The notes beneath the pieces were generated by a model, which saw only the letters and a program-made list of their open reading frames with translations, was not told where the DNA came from and did not search any database. 64,000 nt of DNA, from positions 1 through 64,000 of the IMG/VR virus record IMGVR_UViG_3300030108_006260; one strand, 5' to 3'. Both the position numbers and the translations under genes were made by a program. Positions 53,222 through 61,771 of the stretch are shown in pieces (position 1 is the stretch's first letter; each line of letters starts with the position of its first letter).

Positions 53222-54141
53222 ATAACGGCACCCTCAGAAACTGCTTCTCTCACAACGCCTGGAAGGGATTCCAAAGTAAAATAGCTGTCCCCTCGCTCTC
53301 CCGTTGTTTCGCTCGTCAAGCACACACCTGCTTCTACGATGGACAAGTCCTCTCTGCAAACACATTCGTACCTTCCTCCGTTCAGGGTATATCTTACAAC
53401 GTACTCTCCGTTACCAGTTCGTCTGTGCTCCACATAAGAAGCGCCGCCGATAGAAAGGGAAGACCTTGCAGCAGTCTCAAAGTCTACCTGTGCCAGCCTC
53501 CTACGTGTAAGACCGTCCCCAAGGGATGTACGAACTTGTTCTTCCAATGCAGCCCGTTCTTGCGCTCTTCGTTGTCTCTCTTCCTCTTGTGCCCTAGCCC
53601 TTTCCGCTTCCTCTCGAATACGTCGCTGTTCTTCCCGGCGAGCACAGGCAAGGCGAAAGCATAGGTCAAGGGCCGGAGTAACTTCCTTTACTTCCCGTAG
53701 AGAGTCCTTGTCTTCAAGGTAGGCTTCTCGAACTTCGTCCTCGGGACCAAGGGGAAAAGAAAGTCCTCCGTAAAAAAGAGGACCGTTAGTCCAGTAGCGG
53801 TGAGCAGATACCCGCTCAAAGTGGTCTAGGTGGTCCATGAGATGAAGACGTGGAAATCTACCTGCCATTTCCTGCGGCGTGGAGATGTTTCCGCCTTGAC
53901 TGTCTGAGACAAAAAGGTCACCTACTGCGTACCCACAAATCTCTTCTGTAGGGACCCCTTCATCTGACTCTTCCTTAAGACGGGCAGTCCGGCTGTCGAT
54001 TGTCCACTCATACATGCCTGCTTCGGAGGGAAGAGGACCCTTAATTTTCCAGGATCTGGATCCATAAAATAGCCTACGCCCACCCAGCCATGGAGTGACA
54101 ATAGTCTCATCAGGTTTTTGAAGCAGGTCTTTCCAGCTCAT
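53206..54141 (-). CDS. putative E2/UBC-like conjugating protein with N-terminal domain and coiled coil
   Basis: C-terminal ...LSIVEAGVCLTS... resembles the E2 GxICL catalytic motif, followed by TLESLPGVV helix; context with E1, Ubl and JAB. Confidence 0.55.
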   Translation of the reverse strand: MSWKDLLQKPDETIVTPWLGGRRLFYGSRSWKIKGPLPSEAGMYEWTIDSRTARLKEESDEGVPTEEICGYAVGDLFVSDSQGGNISTPQEMAGRFPRLHLMDHLDHFERVSAHRYWTNGPLFYGGLSFPLGPEDEVREAYLEDKDSLREVKEVTPALDLCFRLACARREEQRRIREEAERARAQEEERQRRAQERAALEEQVRTSLGDGLTRRRLAQVDFETAARSSLSIGGASYVEHRRTGNGEYVVRYTLNGGRYECVCREDLSIVEAGVCLTSETTGERGDSYFTLESLPGVVREAVSEGAVIWRHW

Positions 54142-54146
54142 GGTGA

Positions 54147-54164
54147 TTAGTATGTGAAGGGTTT
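54147..54164 (-). promoter_or_regulatory. phage promoter-like motif variant
   Basis: ttagtatgtgaagggttt, 5 nt upstream of the ATG at 54141. Confidence 0.6.
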
Positions 54165-54202
54165 CCACGTGATAAAAGTCAATTTTTCTTTAAAAAGAAA
54201 TG

Positions 54203-54232
54203 TTGACTTGGAAAATATGATGTTCATATTCT
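54203..54232 (+). promoter_or_regulatory. sigma70-type promoter with overlapping inverted repeat for hsp20
   Basis: TTGACT at 54203; AATATGA-tgt-TCATATT inverted repeat at 54214-54230 over the spacer and -10. Confidence 0.6.
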
Positions 54233-54271
54233 AGTAAAGTCACCAAGACTTAAAAATATAGGAGATAACAT

Positions 54272-54667
54272 ATGCTAACTTTGCGTGACCCGTTTGCAGA
54301 TTTTCCCTCTTTATTCTCTTCTCGCGTACATGGAACAAATGGCACAGCTGATAGATGGTCTCCTCCTCTAGACATAGTTGAGGATGATACCACGATCCAT
54401 ATCAGTATGGAAGTTCCGGGAATGTCGCTTTCTGACCTTCAGGTGGAGGTAGGATCCGGAGTCATCACTATTTCAGGAGAGAAAAAGAAATCTACTATTA
54501 AGGCTCATAGGGTAGAAAGCCGTAGCGGAAAGTTCGTTAGGGCATTACGTCTACCCAAGGACGCAAACGTAGATGAAATAGAGGCAGACCTATCCCAAGG
54601 AATTTTGACTATATCAATACCAAGGAGTATACCTAAAAAAACCCTAATAAAAATAGGTGAAAAGTAA
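54272..54667 (+). CDS. small heat-shock protein Hsp20 / alpha-crystallin
   Basis: WSPPLDIVE...MEVPG...VITISGEK...HRVE.R.GKF.R...LP...A.L..GILTI.IP. Confidence 0.95.
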   Translation: MLTLRDPFADFPSLFSSRVHGTNGTADRWSPPLDIVEDDTTIHISMEVPGMSLSDLQVEVGSGVITISGEKKKSTIKAHRVESRSGKFVRALRLPKDANVDEIEADLSQGILTISIPRSIPKKTLIKIGEK

Positions 54668-54668
54668 T

Positions 54669-54699
54669 AAAAATGGAGGGGCAAGTCCCCTCCATTTTT
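54669..54699. terminator. bidirectional intrinsic terminator
   Basis: aaaaatggagggg-caagt-cccctccattttt between convergent genes. Confidence 0.85.
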
Positions 54700-54701
54700 A
54701 T

Positions 54702-55208
54702 TTAACGAAGGTCAAAAAGGTAGAGAGTAGTTGCCCAGGAAGAAGAAAGGACATTTGGTGGCTCCTCCTCAGCTTCAAGCTCGTCACTAGACTCAATTGC
54801 TGAGTCTAGAAATCTCTTAGCGTGGAAGTACGCTTCTAGGAGTGGCCGGGTGTGGAAAGACCAGTTATTGTTGTGCTCCATCTTAAAAGAGACACCCGTA
54901 CCCTCAGACACTATTGACATAAATAGAGAGTTCATTTCCCTGTCAGGCAGAAGTGACTGGAGAGCAGAAACTATATCCTTCGTCCATTCCTGGATTCTGT
55001 ATACCTTGAAGGAGTTATGGTAGAACCTATAAAATAGGTCTGCTTCTCCCCATTCGCTCTCTACAGAGGACTTGATCTTCCTAAGATCGTCGACCTTGCT
55101 TGTAACTGCTTTGAACAGAGAAGTCTCTAAATACTTTCTAGATTCCCCGTCAAGGTGCTCTTCGGTGTAATCAAAGACAAGGGTCTCGTCTTCTTCACGT
55201 TCCGCCAT
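54702..55208 (-). CDS. hypothetical protein
   Basis: ORF; start set at MAEREED. Confidence 0.65.
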   Translation of the reverse strand: MAEREEDETLVFDYTEEHLDGESRKYLETSLFKAVTSKVDDLRKIKSSVESEWGEADLFYRFYHNSFKVYRIQEWTKDIVSALQSLLPDREMNSLFMSIVSEGTGVSFKMEHNNNWSFHTRPLLEAYFHAKRFLDSAIESSDELEAEEEPPNVLSSSWATTLYLFDLR

Positions 55209-55283
55209 TATTGTTTTTATTCTTCCAAATTTTAGGTAAAATGAAGATAGGGGAGGGTGCAAAATGTCACCATCCCCTATCTA

Positions 55284-57140
55284 TCAACTAGCAGTAATAG
55301 CCCAGGCAGGCTTCTTCAGTAGGTCGGTCTGTAGGATCTGGTCAACGAGCATAACCCGAGGGGTACGCGCTCCCTGAGAAGACACGCCAACAGGAGTGGA
55401 GGCAATAAGGTTGTGTAGGGTTCGCGGAACCTGGTACGGATCACTAAACACTGACTGCTCAACCTCAAAGCAAGGAATCTCCAGACTAGCTGCTGTCTCC
55501 GTCACGCAGTGACGCCAAGAACTTCCTACCTTAAGAAGACCAAAAGCCACAGGGTTCAATCCTGACTGTTGAACTGCACGAGGGAAGTTAGCAGCACCCT
55601 CATCACCTACGAAGATGAACAGTGCATCCTCATCTGCGCTAGGAGGGTACTTGGAAAGAAGACGAACGCCAGTAGCGTAATCGGTTCCTCCTCCGGCGCC
55701 ATACCCACGGAAGGCGGCACGTACACCTGCGTGGGAAGCATGCTGGATCTTGATCTCACGTGCTACCGTGTTGAAAACACACACGTGAACTCTGTCCAAT
55801 GGGAATGCCTGAACAAAGTTTTCCAGACATGCCTTTGCTTCATCCAGGGACTGCTGCATAGACCCCGAGATGTCTACGAAGAAGTAGATGCGCATGTTGC
55901 GGGAAACTTCTTCCACCTTCTTCTGTAGGGCAGCGTCTGCGCCTTCCTTCAGAACCTCGACAACTTCTCGTCCCTTTACGTTACGAGCAATGTTACGGGA
56001 ACGTTGGTCTTCTGCTGCACGGACTGCTGAACTCCACCGTTCCTTGATATCCTGTACCTCCAAGAGTCCAAGAGTCTCAAGGGTAGGAGTAGCAATAACA
56101 AGGTCCTTGTCAGACAAACACCCTGACTCAATGGCAGCAGCCATGACTGCGCGGGTAACACCAACCGATACAGGAACACGTGAAGTGATGACCTTGTAGG
56201 AAGGCTTCTCGGAAACAATCTTCTGACAGATCTGTTCCTCCGTTAGATCGTCCCAGGAGTCCTGCTTCTGAATCTGGACACCAAGAGCAACCTCTCGGCG
56301 ACCGTCAGGAGCTTGCTTCTGCTTCCAACGAAGAATCTGAAAGAAGTTTTCCCCTTCGGGCTTGTACCCGATGATCTGAGAGAGTCGAATAACACTCTTA
56401 CGGAAACCAGCCTTGACAAGACCCTGTAGAACAGGAGGATTCTGCTCGCGGAACCGCAACCACTTCTCTACAGCCTTGGGCCAGCGACCCAAGAAAGGGT
56501 TACGATTAGATCGACCAAATCCGAGCTGACGGTTGACCTCTGCAACACCGTCCTGAATGAGGACCTCACGGACACGAAGTAGCATCTTCGGGTTGAAGTC
56601 ACGTCGTTCCGAGCGTAGAAGTAGCATAGCCTCTCCCACGTCACGGTAGTCCTCGTCGTAGAAGAGAACTTCACCGTTCTCTACCTCAGGGTCTCCCTTT
56701 CGGGACTGGCACAGCAAGAAGGCAGCAAGAATAACCTTAAGGTCGCGATGCTCCTGGCCAAACGCATAGGAGGCCCATCGTGCAGCAAACTCATTGTCCA
56801 TTCGCCACAACTCTGCCACCTGGTTATACATCCAGTGAGCAACCTCAGGAAAGATTCCTGCTGGACGGTACTGTGCGACTACACTACGACCTTCCGTGAT
56901 AGATCCATCCTCCCCAAGAACACCTACACGAGTGCGGGTGACACGGCGGCCACTCTTAGAGAGAGCGTAGACAATCTTCTGCCCGTTCTCTTCTTTGTGG
57001 GTTACAGGGGACCAGGAAACGCCGATACGTGTGCGTCCGTCTTGCTTTACCATTCCTGGACGGTTGTGGTAAAGGTGGTCGGTATGACTTAGAAGCGACT
57101 GTAGAATTACCTCAGCCGGTCCCTTACTTTCTTGTTCCAT
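55284..57140 (-). CDS. TROVE/Ro60-like helical domain plus C-terminal vWA domain
   Basis: Clear MIDAS FFVDISGSM, GGGTDY, FVGDE; helical N-region with DNEFAARWASYA, GRWPKAVEKW, IRLSQ..YKP recalling Ro60 blocks (fold inferred). Confidence 0.65.
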   Translation of the reverse strand: MEQESKGPAEVILQSLLSHTDHLYHNRPGMVKQDGRTRIGVSWSPVTHKEENGQKIVYALSKSGRRVTRTRVGVLGEDGSITEGRSVVAQYRPAGIFPEVAHWMYNQVAELWRMDNEFAARWASYAFGQEHRDLKVILAAFLLCQSRKGDPEVENGEVLFYDEDYRDVGEAMLLLRSERRDFNPKMLLRVREVLIQDGVAEVNRQLGFGRSNRNPFLGRWPKAVEKWLRFREQNPPVLQGLVKAGFRKSVIRLSQIIGYKPEGENFFQILRWKQKQAPDGRREVALGVQIQKQDSWDDLTEEQICQKIVSEKPSYKVITSRVPVSVGVTRAVMAAAIESGCLSDKDLVIATPTLETLGLLEVQDIKERWSSAVRAAEDQRSRNIARNVKGREVVEVLKEGADAALQKKVEEVSRNMRIYFFVDISGSMQQSLDEAKACLENFVQAFPLDRVHVCVFNTVAREIKIQHASHAGVRAAFRGYGAGGGTDYATGVRLLSKYPPSADEDALFIFVGDEGAANFPRAVQQSGLNPVAFGLLKVGSSWRHCVTETAASLEIPCFEVEQSVFSDPYQVPRTLHNLIASTPVGVSSQGARTPRVMLVDQILQTDLLKKPAWAITAS

Positions 57141-57210
57141 TACACTAATACTTTCCGAGACGAGTAGAGGGTTACTCTTGTTGTCTCTGTGAGCCTATAA
57201 ATAAAGAGGG

Positions 57211-57282
57211 CGGACCCGGTAGGATTCGAACCTACGACCGTTGGTTTAGAAGACCACTGCTCTTCCTCTGAGCTACGGATCC
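57211..57282 (-). tRNA. tRNA-Arg(TCT)
   Basis: GGATCCGTAGCTCAGAGGAAGAGC...TGGT-CTTCTAA-ACCA...GGTTCGAATCC. Confidence 0.92.
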
Positions 57283-57320
57283 AAAATGGAGCACAAGACT
57301 AGCAGGGGCTCCGTGGGAAG

Positions 57321-58259
57321 TCAATCACTTTCTGAAAAAAACTCTATCTCTTTCTCGTGTAAGGGAGAAATGATGTTAGCACATCCCTTCAAGAATGCAA
57401 GGTGATTACTGTAATCTACCTGTTGACTTCCCTGACCTGTTGTTGGTACCCATGTACGTCTAAGCATCTTCATCCAGTGCTGAATGAAAATAAGTTGACT
57501 AAGTCTATTGAAAGCTAGGGGGCTATCCGACTCCATAGAAGGAGTAGGAGCGTCAGGGTCAAACCCCGATCTTTTTAGAAGATCTAGGATAGGGCCCACT
57601 TCGCTGTTTTCACTACCCTCCAATAGAGTTGCCAAATCCTTTTGGGTACGTAACGTGGAAGCTACCCAAGAGCTTCTTCCTGTGCTAGGAAAAGAGTAGC
57701 TGAAGATTCCTGATATACTAGAGATAGGAATGGAATCATGCTCACGGGCCAACTCAGGAGAGTAGCTGATCGAGCTATATCCAGCGTCATAAACTAGGGG
57801 CATGCCTAGGGCCATGTCCCACACGTCACGACGAGCCATGATCATCTCAACTGGAAGAGTCCTAGAGGGGTCTTCCTTGGTACGACTCTTATCATCAATA
57901 AAAAGAGCAAACTCATGCAAAAGAGTAAAAAGAACAGTAAGGTCGTTGACTGGATCCTTCCAATCAAAAGAGGACCACTCTGCCATTCTGTTCTCAACAG
58001 GATGGCGTTGACTATTAATGGTGTCTAGCCACTGCTTGATTATCACCTCTTCCCCCTGGATGGTCCCTTCCTTAGCTTCCGGCCTTCCGTAAGAGTCGTA
58101 CTCTCCGTAGAGGGGTAGCACAAAGGGTACCCACAAGTCAGTAGGGTGCACACGTCCGCTGTTATCAAACGGAGACTTGTGAATAAGAAGGGCAACAATA
58201 GGATCCCCTGCCTCGATTGGCAGGTTCGACATAAAGCACGTCTCTGTCCAACAACCCAT
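57321..58259 (-). CDS. hypothetical phage protein (312 aa)
   Basis: MGCWTETCFMSNLPI...LYGEYDSYG; long ORF. Confidence 0.75.
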   Translation of the reverse strand: MGCWTETCFMSNLPIEAGDPIVALLIHKSPFDNSGRVHPTDLWVPFVLPLYGEYDSYGRPEAKEGTIQGEEVIIKQWLDTINSQRHPVENRMAEWSSFDWKDPVNDLTVLFTLLHEFALFIDDKSRTKEDPSRTLPVEMIMARRDVWDMALGMPLVYDAGYSSISYSPELAREHDSIPISSISGIFSYSFPSTGRSSWVASTLRTQKDLATLLEGSENSEVGPILDLLKRSGFDPDAPTPSMESDSPLAFNRLSQLIFIQHWMKMLRRTWVPTTGQGSQQVDYSNHLAFLKGCANIISPLHEKEIEFFSESD

Positions 58260-58293
58260 TAATAAGTCTTTCTAATTTAGATGATAATTTAGA

Positions 58294-58368
58294 TGGCAGT
58301 CCCGGTAGGATTCGAACCTACGACCTTCGGCTTAGGAAGCCGCTGCTCTTCCTCTGAGCTACGAGACC
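58294..58368 (-). tRNA. tRNA-Arg(CCT)
   Basis: GGTCTCGTAGCTCAGAGGAAGAGC...CGGC-TTCCTAA-GCCG...GGTTCGAATCC...GCCA. Confidence 0.92.
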
Positions 58369-58380
58369 TCGTTACCTTCT

Positions 58381-58398
58381 CTACCATGAGAAGGGTTT
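58381..58398 (-). promoter_or_regulatory. phage promoter-like motif copy upstream of tRNA-Arg(CCT)
   Basis: ctaccatgagaagggttt. Confidence 0.7.
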
Positions 58399-58519
58399 CA
58401 CACCGGTCTAGACAGGATACTCTCTCACCCGGATATTCTCTGGAAACTCGCTTATGTCCCCTCCCTTTTTGTCCCTCAACTTTGCTTTTAGTCTAAGAGG
58501 TACAAGAGGACTGAGTCGT

Positions 58520-59242
58520 TCAGACTCTGTCTCTTCTGGCCACAGAGTATCCTTGTTCATGAGAGGAAAAGACCCCCATCTGTTTCACAAATAGCTTGAA
58601 CCCTAGTGACCTTGACTCCTCAACCAAGGTAGAAGCCCAAGCGGGATCGAAGGACCGGGCACCAGAGCCGCTTTCTCCGCCTGCGATTATCCAATCCGGT
58701 ACACCAGACCATTCTTTTGAAGACAAGTGAGCAGCAACAGATAGAGGACCCAGAGCGGGCTCATAAGAGACAAACTTAACCTTAGCGTAAGTATTGTCTA
58801 GAAGAGGCCATCTTTCGTCAAAGTGATTCTGGTCCTCAGCAGATATACCTAACCAAACGTTTTCATACCCTTCTCCCCAATCGGAAGGAAGTCTGTTCGA
58901 TATGAGGTGAGGTCTCTTGGTAAGGATCTGATAGATTATGTTGGGAGTCTTACGGACAATAGCCCATGCGTCGTCTCGCCACTCATCTGCCTCAGGATGA
59001 AACCAGTCAGACCAAGAGCAAGTAAACACCCTAAGGGATTCCCCGGCCTGAAGGTTCTTCGACCAAGAAAGAGGCTTATTGAACGTACCTGACTTAGTTC
59101 TGGTAACCAAGGTAGGATCCATTCCGTACCTTTTCTGGTCAGAAAACATGTAACAATTTTTACACCCAGGAGAGACTTTACTACATCCTCTCCACGGGTT
59201 CCAGGTGTTATCTGTCCACTGTATCTTTGTGTCTTCTGCCAT
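58520..59242 (-). CDS. DUF5131 / phage Gp37-Gp68 family protein
   Basis: TKIQWTDNTWNPWRGCSKVSPGCKNCY, FTCSWSDWFH, QILTKRP, FVSYEPALG, WIIAGGESG. Confidence 0.92.
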   Translation of the reverse strand: MAEDTKIQWTDNTWNPWRGCSKVSPGCKNCYMFSDQKRYGMDPTLVTRTKSGTFNKPLSWSKNLQAGESLRVFTCSWSDWFHPEADEWRDDAWAIVRKTPNIIYQILTKRPHLISNRLPSDWGEGYENVWLGISAEDQNHFDERWPLLDNTYAKVKFVSYEPALGPLSVAAHLSSKEWSGVPDWIIAGGESGSGARSFDPAWASTLVEESRSLGFKLFVKQMGVFSSHEQGYSVARRDRV

Positions 59243-59253
59243 TTATCTGGTAT

Positions 59254-59580
59254 CTAATAGTTGTGTAGGATAGTAGCTATAGAGTCATTGTCACTCGATA
59301 GATCACATTCTACTAAATTAGTAATGGAGTACTGAGAACTCATTCCGATTATGATAGAAGGAACCTCAGATGGAAGTGATCCTTGTATCTTACGTGTAAT
59401 GTAATCAAGAGACGTAGAAAGTAGTCTACCGGAGAAATCTTCTGTTTGTTTATGCAACAGAGGAAACCCTTTATTAGTGTACAAGGTGTACTCACCGCCA
59501 ACAAAAGAAATGACACCTACGTTTGTGTGTTCTATATCTTCAGGGCTAGGAGAAAACCCAACTACAAAGAACCCTTCCAC
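59254..59580 (-). CDS. hypothetical protein
   Basis: ORF on the coding strand. Confidence 0.55.
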   Translation of the reverse strand: MEGFFVVGFSPSPEDIEHTNVGVISFVGGEYTLYTNKGFPLLHKQTEDFSGRLLSTSLDYITRKIQGSLPSEVPSIIIGMSSQYSITNLVECDLSSDNDSIATILHNY

Positions 59581-59585
59581 GGAAC

Positions 59586-59840
59586 CTAAGAACGACTAGA
59601 CTTTACAAGGTGAAGCCACTCACTCATCGAATAAAATGAAGGAACACCCTCGTCTGAAAGATGATACCAGCCGTCTTCTTTTCTGGAAAGGAGCAGAAGC
59701 TCGGATCTCTCTTCCAGGGAAAGGCAGCTGTTCTTACCTAAAGCAGCTCCCCATAAGAAAAAAGAAGTATCTTGCTCCCATCCATCTGGGCTTACTTTAG
59801 GTACCATCTTTCGCATTAAGTGCAATAAACTATTACTCAT
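59586..59840 (-). CDS. small hypothetical protein
   Basis: ORF on the coding strand. Confidence 0.55.
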   Translation of the reverse strand: MSNSLLHLMRKMVPKVSPDGWEQDTSFFLWGAALGKNSCLSLEERSELLLLSRKEDGWYHLSDEGVPSFYSMSEWLHLVKSSRS

Positions 59841-60022
59841 TCTAGATGAGCGTCTTCATTTAAGACGCAGTAACATGCGTTCTCGTCCCAGTGAGCATCA
59901 GGAAGACATCGCTCAGGGGCACATTCAGCGGGAACTTCTCTACATGTTCCTCCGAAACAAGAAGTGCGAGTAGAAGCAGAACCACAGCCAATAAGAATTA
60001 AGCTTAGAAGAATCTTATACAT
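59837..60022 (-). CDS. small Cys-rich lipoprotein
   Basis: Lipobox LIGC; six further Cys. Confidence 0.6.
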   Translation of the reverse strand: MYKILLSLILIGCGSASTRTSCFGGTCREVPAECAPERCLPDAHWDENACYCVLNEDAHLE

Positions 60023-60956
60023 ATGAACTAATATAGTGTCTCATCCTATCCCCTTTTTTAGATAGGAAGTCACGAGGATAGCACTCTGGATGGACGTTGT
60101 CCAGGGCAGTCAGAACTATTTCCTTGTTTTTAGGATTTGTCATATTCATGAAGAAGGTCCTTATCGTGAAAAGGAATGACATACCAAGAGGAACGACAGT
60201 CTGACGCTCAAATCTACAGAATATATTCTGATCCGGGGGCTCCCAGGTCCAAGAGTCTTCAATGCCCAAAGACGGATGTATGTTTAGTGTCTGGTGGGAC
60301 CGGAAAGACAGTGCACCTACGCGCTCCACCGGTTCAGGCATAGACGAAATGCTTCTTACCATCTTGGAGGGGTCTTTGATCACAAGAGATCCGTCTCGAT
60401 TAACGACTTCCTCATGAATCGAATGAAAAGATTTATCCCTGGCCCAATCAACAGACCAATGACTGGCTGATGCCAAGGCGATCTCAACAATTCCGTCATC
60501 CTTGAAGAGAACCAGGTCACACTCAACCTGCATAGAAACCCATCTAAATAAGGTTGGGAGACCTCCTAGAGTGGAGTTGCAGCGTAACGTCTCAAAGGTA
60601 GCGGGATCAAAGTCTATTGTTTCTCTTGAAAGAGTACACGTAAGACGGTGCGCACCATCTACTTCTTTAATATTAAAGAGACGGGGATGCTTAGTTGTCA
60701 AGTCCTCTACTAGGTACTTATAACAGGAATACCTATCAAAATAAGGGTCTACTAAAGAATAGTCATCAAAAGAGGCTTCTGCTTGGGAAATATTGTTCTT
60801 CCTAAACTGGTTCCAGTAGGTGTCAAACATGAACACGGTGTTTCTCCTATCTGGAAGGTTAGAGAACTTGGTCATCTTAACGGAGGACCGTGGGACACTT
60901 CCACTATGGAGCGGACATATTTTTAGGTAATCATCCATTATACGTCTGTACCTCAA
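60015..60956 (-). CDS. DUF3445 / heme-dependent oxidative N-demethylase alpha-subunit-like protein
   Basis: QVECDLVL, ASASHWS..W..KSFHSIH..V, RFERQT, FLFTIRTF match the family pattern. Confidence 0.65.
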   Translation of the reverse strand: MRYRRIMDDYLKICPLHSGSVPRSSVKMTKFSNLPDRRNTVFMFDTYWNQFRKNNISQAEASFDDYSLVDPYFDRYSCYKYLVEDLTTKHPRLFNIKEVDGAHRLTCTLSRETIDFDPATFETLRCNSTLGGLPTLFRWVSMQVECDLVLFKDDGIVEIALASASHWSVDWARDKSFHSIHEEVVNRDGSLVIKDPSKMVRSISSMPEPVERVGALSFRSHQTLNIHPSLGIEDSWTWEPPDQNIFCRFERQTVVPLGMSFLFTIRTFFMNMTNPKNKEIVLTALDNVHPECYPRDFLSKKGDRMRHYISSYV

Positions 60957-61179
60957 CTGGTTTAAGTCTGTTAGAACTGAGCCATGAGCTTACGGTATTT
61001 GTAATATCGTGTTCTTCACTTTCCACTTCCAAGTAGACAAACCATTCCCCACAGGAAGAAGAGACGAAAATATCAACAACAGGTCCCGATGGACGCAGTT
61101 CCTCAGCCATCTCCTCGCTTATTGGGTATATTTGAACCTCTAAAGTTCTAGTACGCATAGTGCGACCTCTTATCAACAT
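60931..61179 (-). CDS. small hypothetical protein
   Basis: ORF on the coding strand. Confidence 0.5.
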   Translation of the reverse strand: MLIRGRTMRTRTLEVQIYPISEEMAEELRPSGPVVDIFVSSSCGEWFVYLEVESEEHDITNTVSSWLSSNRLKPVEVQTYNG

Positions 61180-61765
61180 TCTTAGGAAGGTTAAAGTAAG
61201 AGTATACCTGCGAGTTCGGTTCTGAAAAAACTAGAGAATGAAACAACTCCCAAGTAGCATCCCATACGTGAGGTATATTATTATCCCACAGCTCAGAAGA
61301 TACAGCGTCTTGGTCCAACCAGAACACAAAAACAGGGTCCATAGACGGATACGGAGGCTGCTGAAAAACAGCTAGGCTTAGCTTGAAGCCGTAGTTCGAA
61401 TTTCCCATACCAAAGAAAAACTCAGGAGAAGATACCAATCGAATGATCTCTTCTCTGGTCGCAAGTGTGGAAAACGTGTGAGCCTCTGACAAGGACGGTC
61501 CAATGTCTAGATCGTAAGCAAGGGAAACTTCTCTTACGATGCTAAGAAGCTGAGTAGGTCCTTCTGATGCAGAAATTCCATGGTCCTGGATGCTACGTGA
61601 TGCGTTCCTACATTCTCGCCTAGACATCGTGCACATCTTGTGGACTCTGTCCGCGCTACCTACGCCCTCTTTTCTGGCAAAGAAGAGAAACTCTATCTCA
61701 TTCTTTACTGAGGAAAGAAGAGGGCTATCCAGGAAATGTGTAAGGGCTCTGACGTGGGGGTCCAT
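61148..61765 (-). CDS. hypothetical protein
   Basis: ATG 6 nt downstream of a promoter motif. Confidence 0.65.
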   Translation of the reverse strand: MDPHVRALTHFLDSPLLSSVKNEIEFLFFARKEGVGSADRVHKMCTMSRRECRNASRSIQDHGISASEGPTQLLSIVREVSLAYDLDIGPSLSEAHTFSTLATREEIIRLVSSPEFFFGMGNSNYGFKLSLAVFQQPPYPSMDPVFVFWLDQDAVSSELWDNNIPHVWDATWELFHSLVFSEPNSQVYSYFNLPKNVDKRSHYAY

Positions 61766-61771
61766 GTGCTT

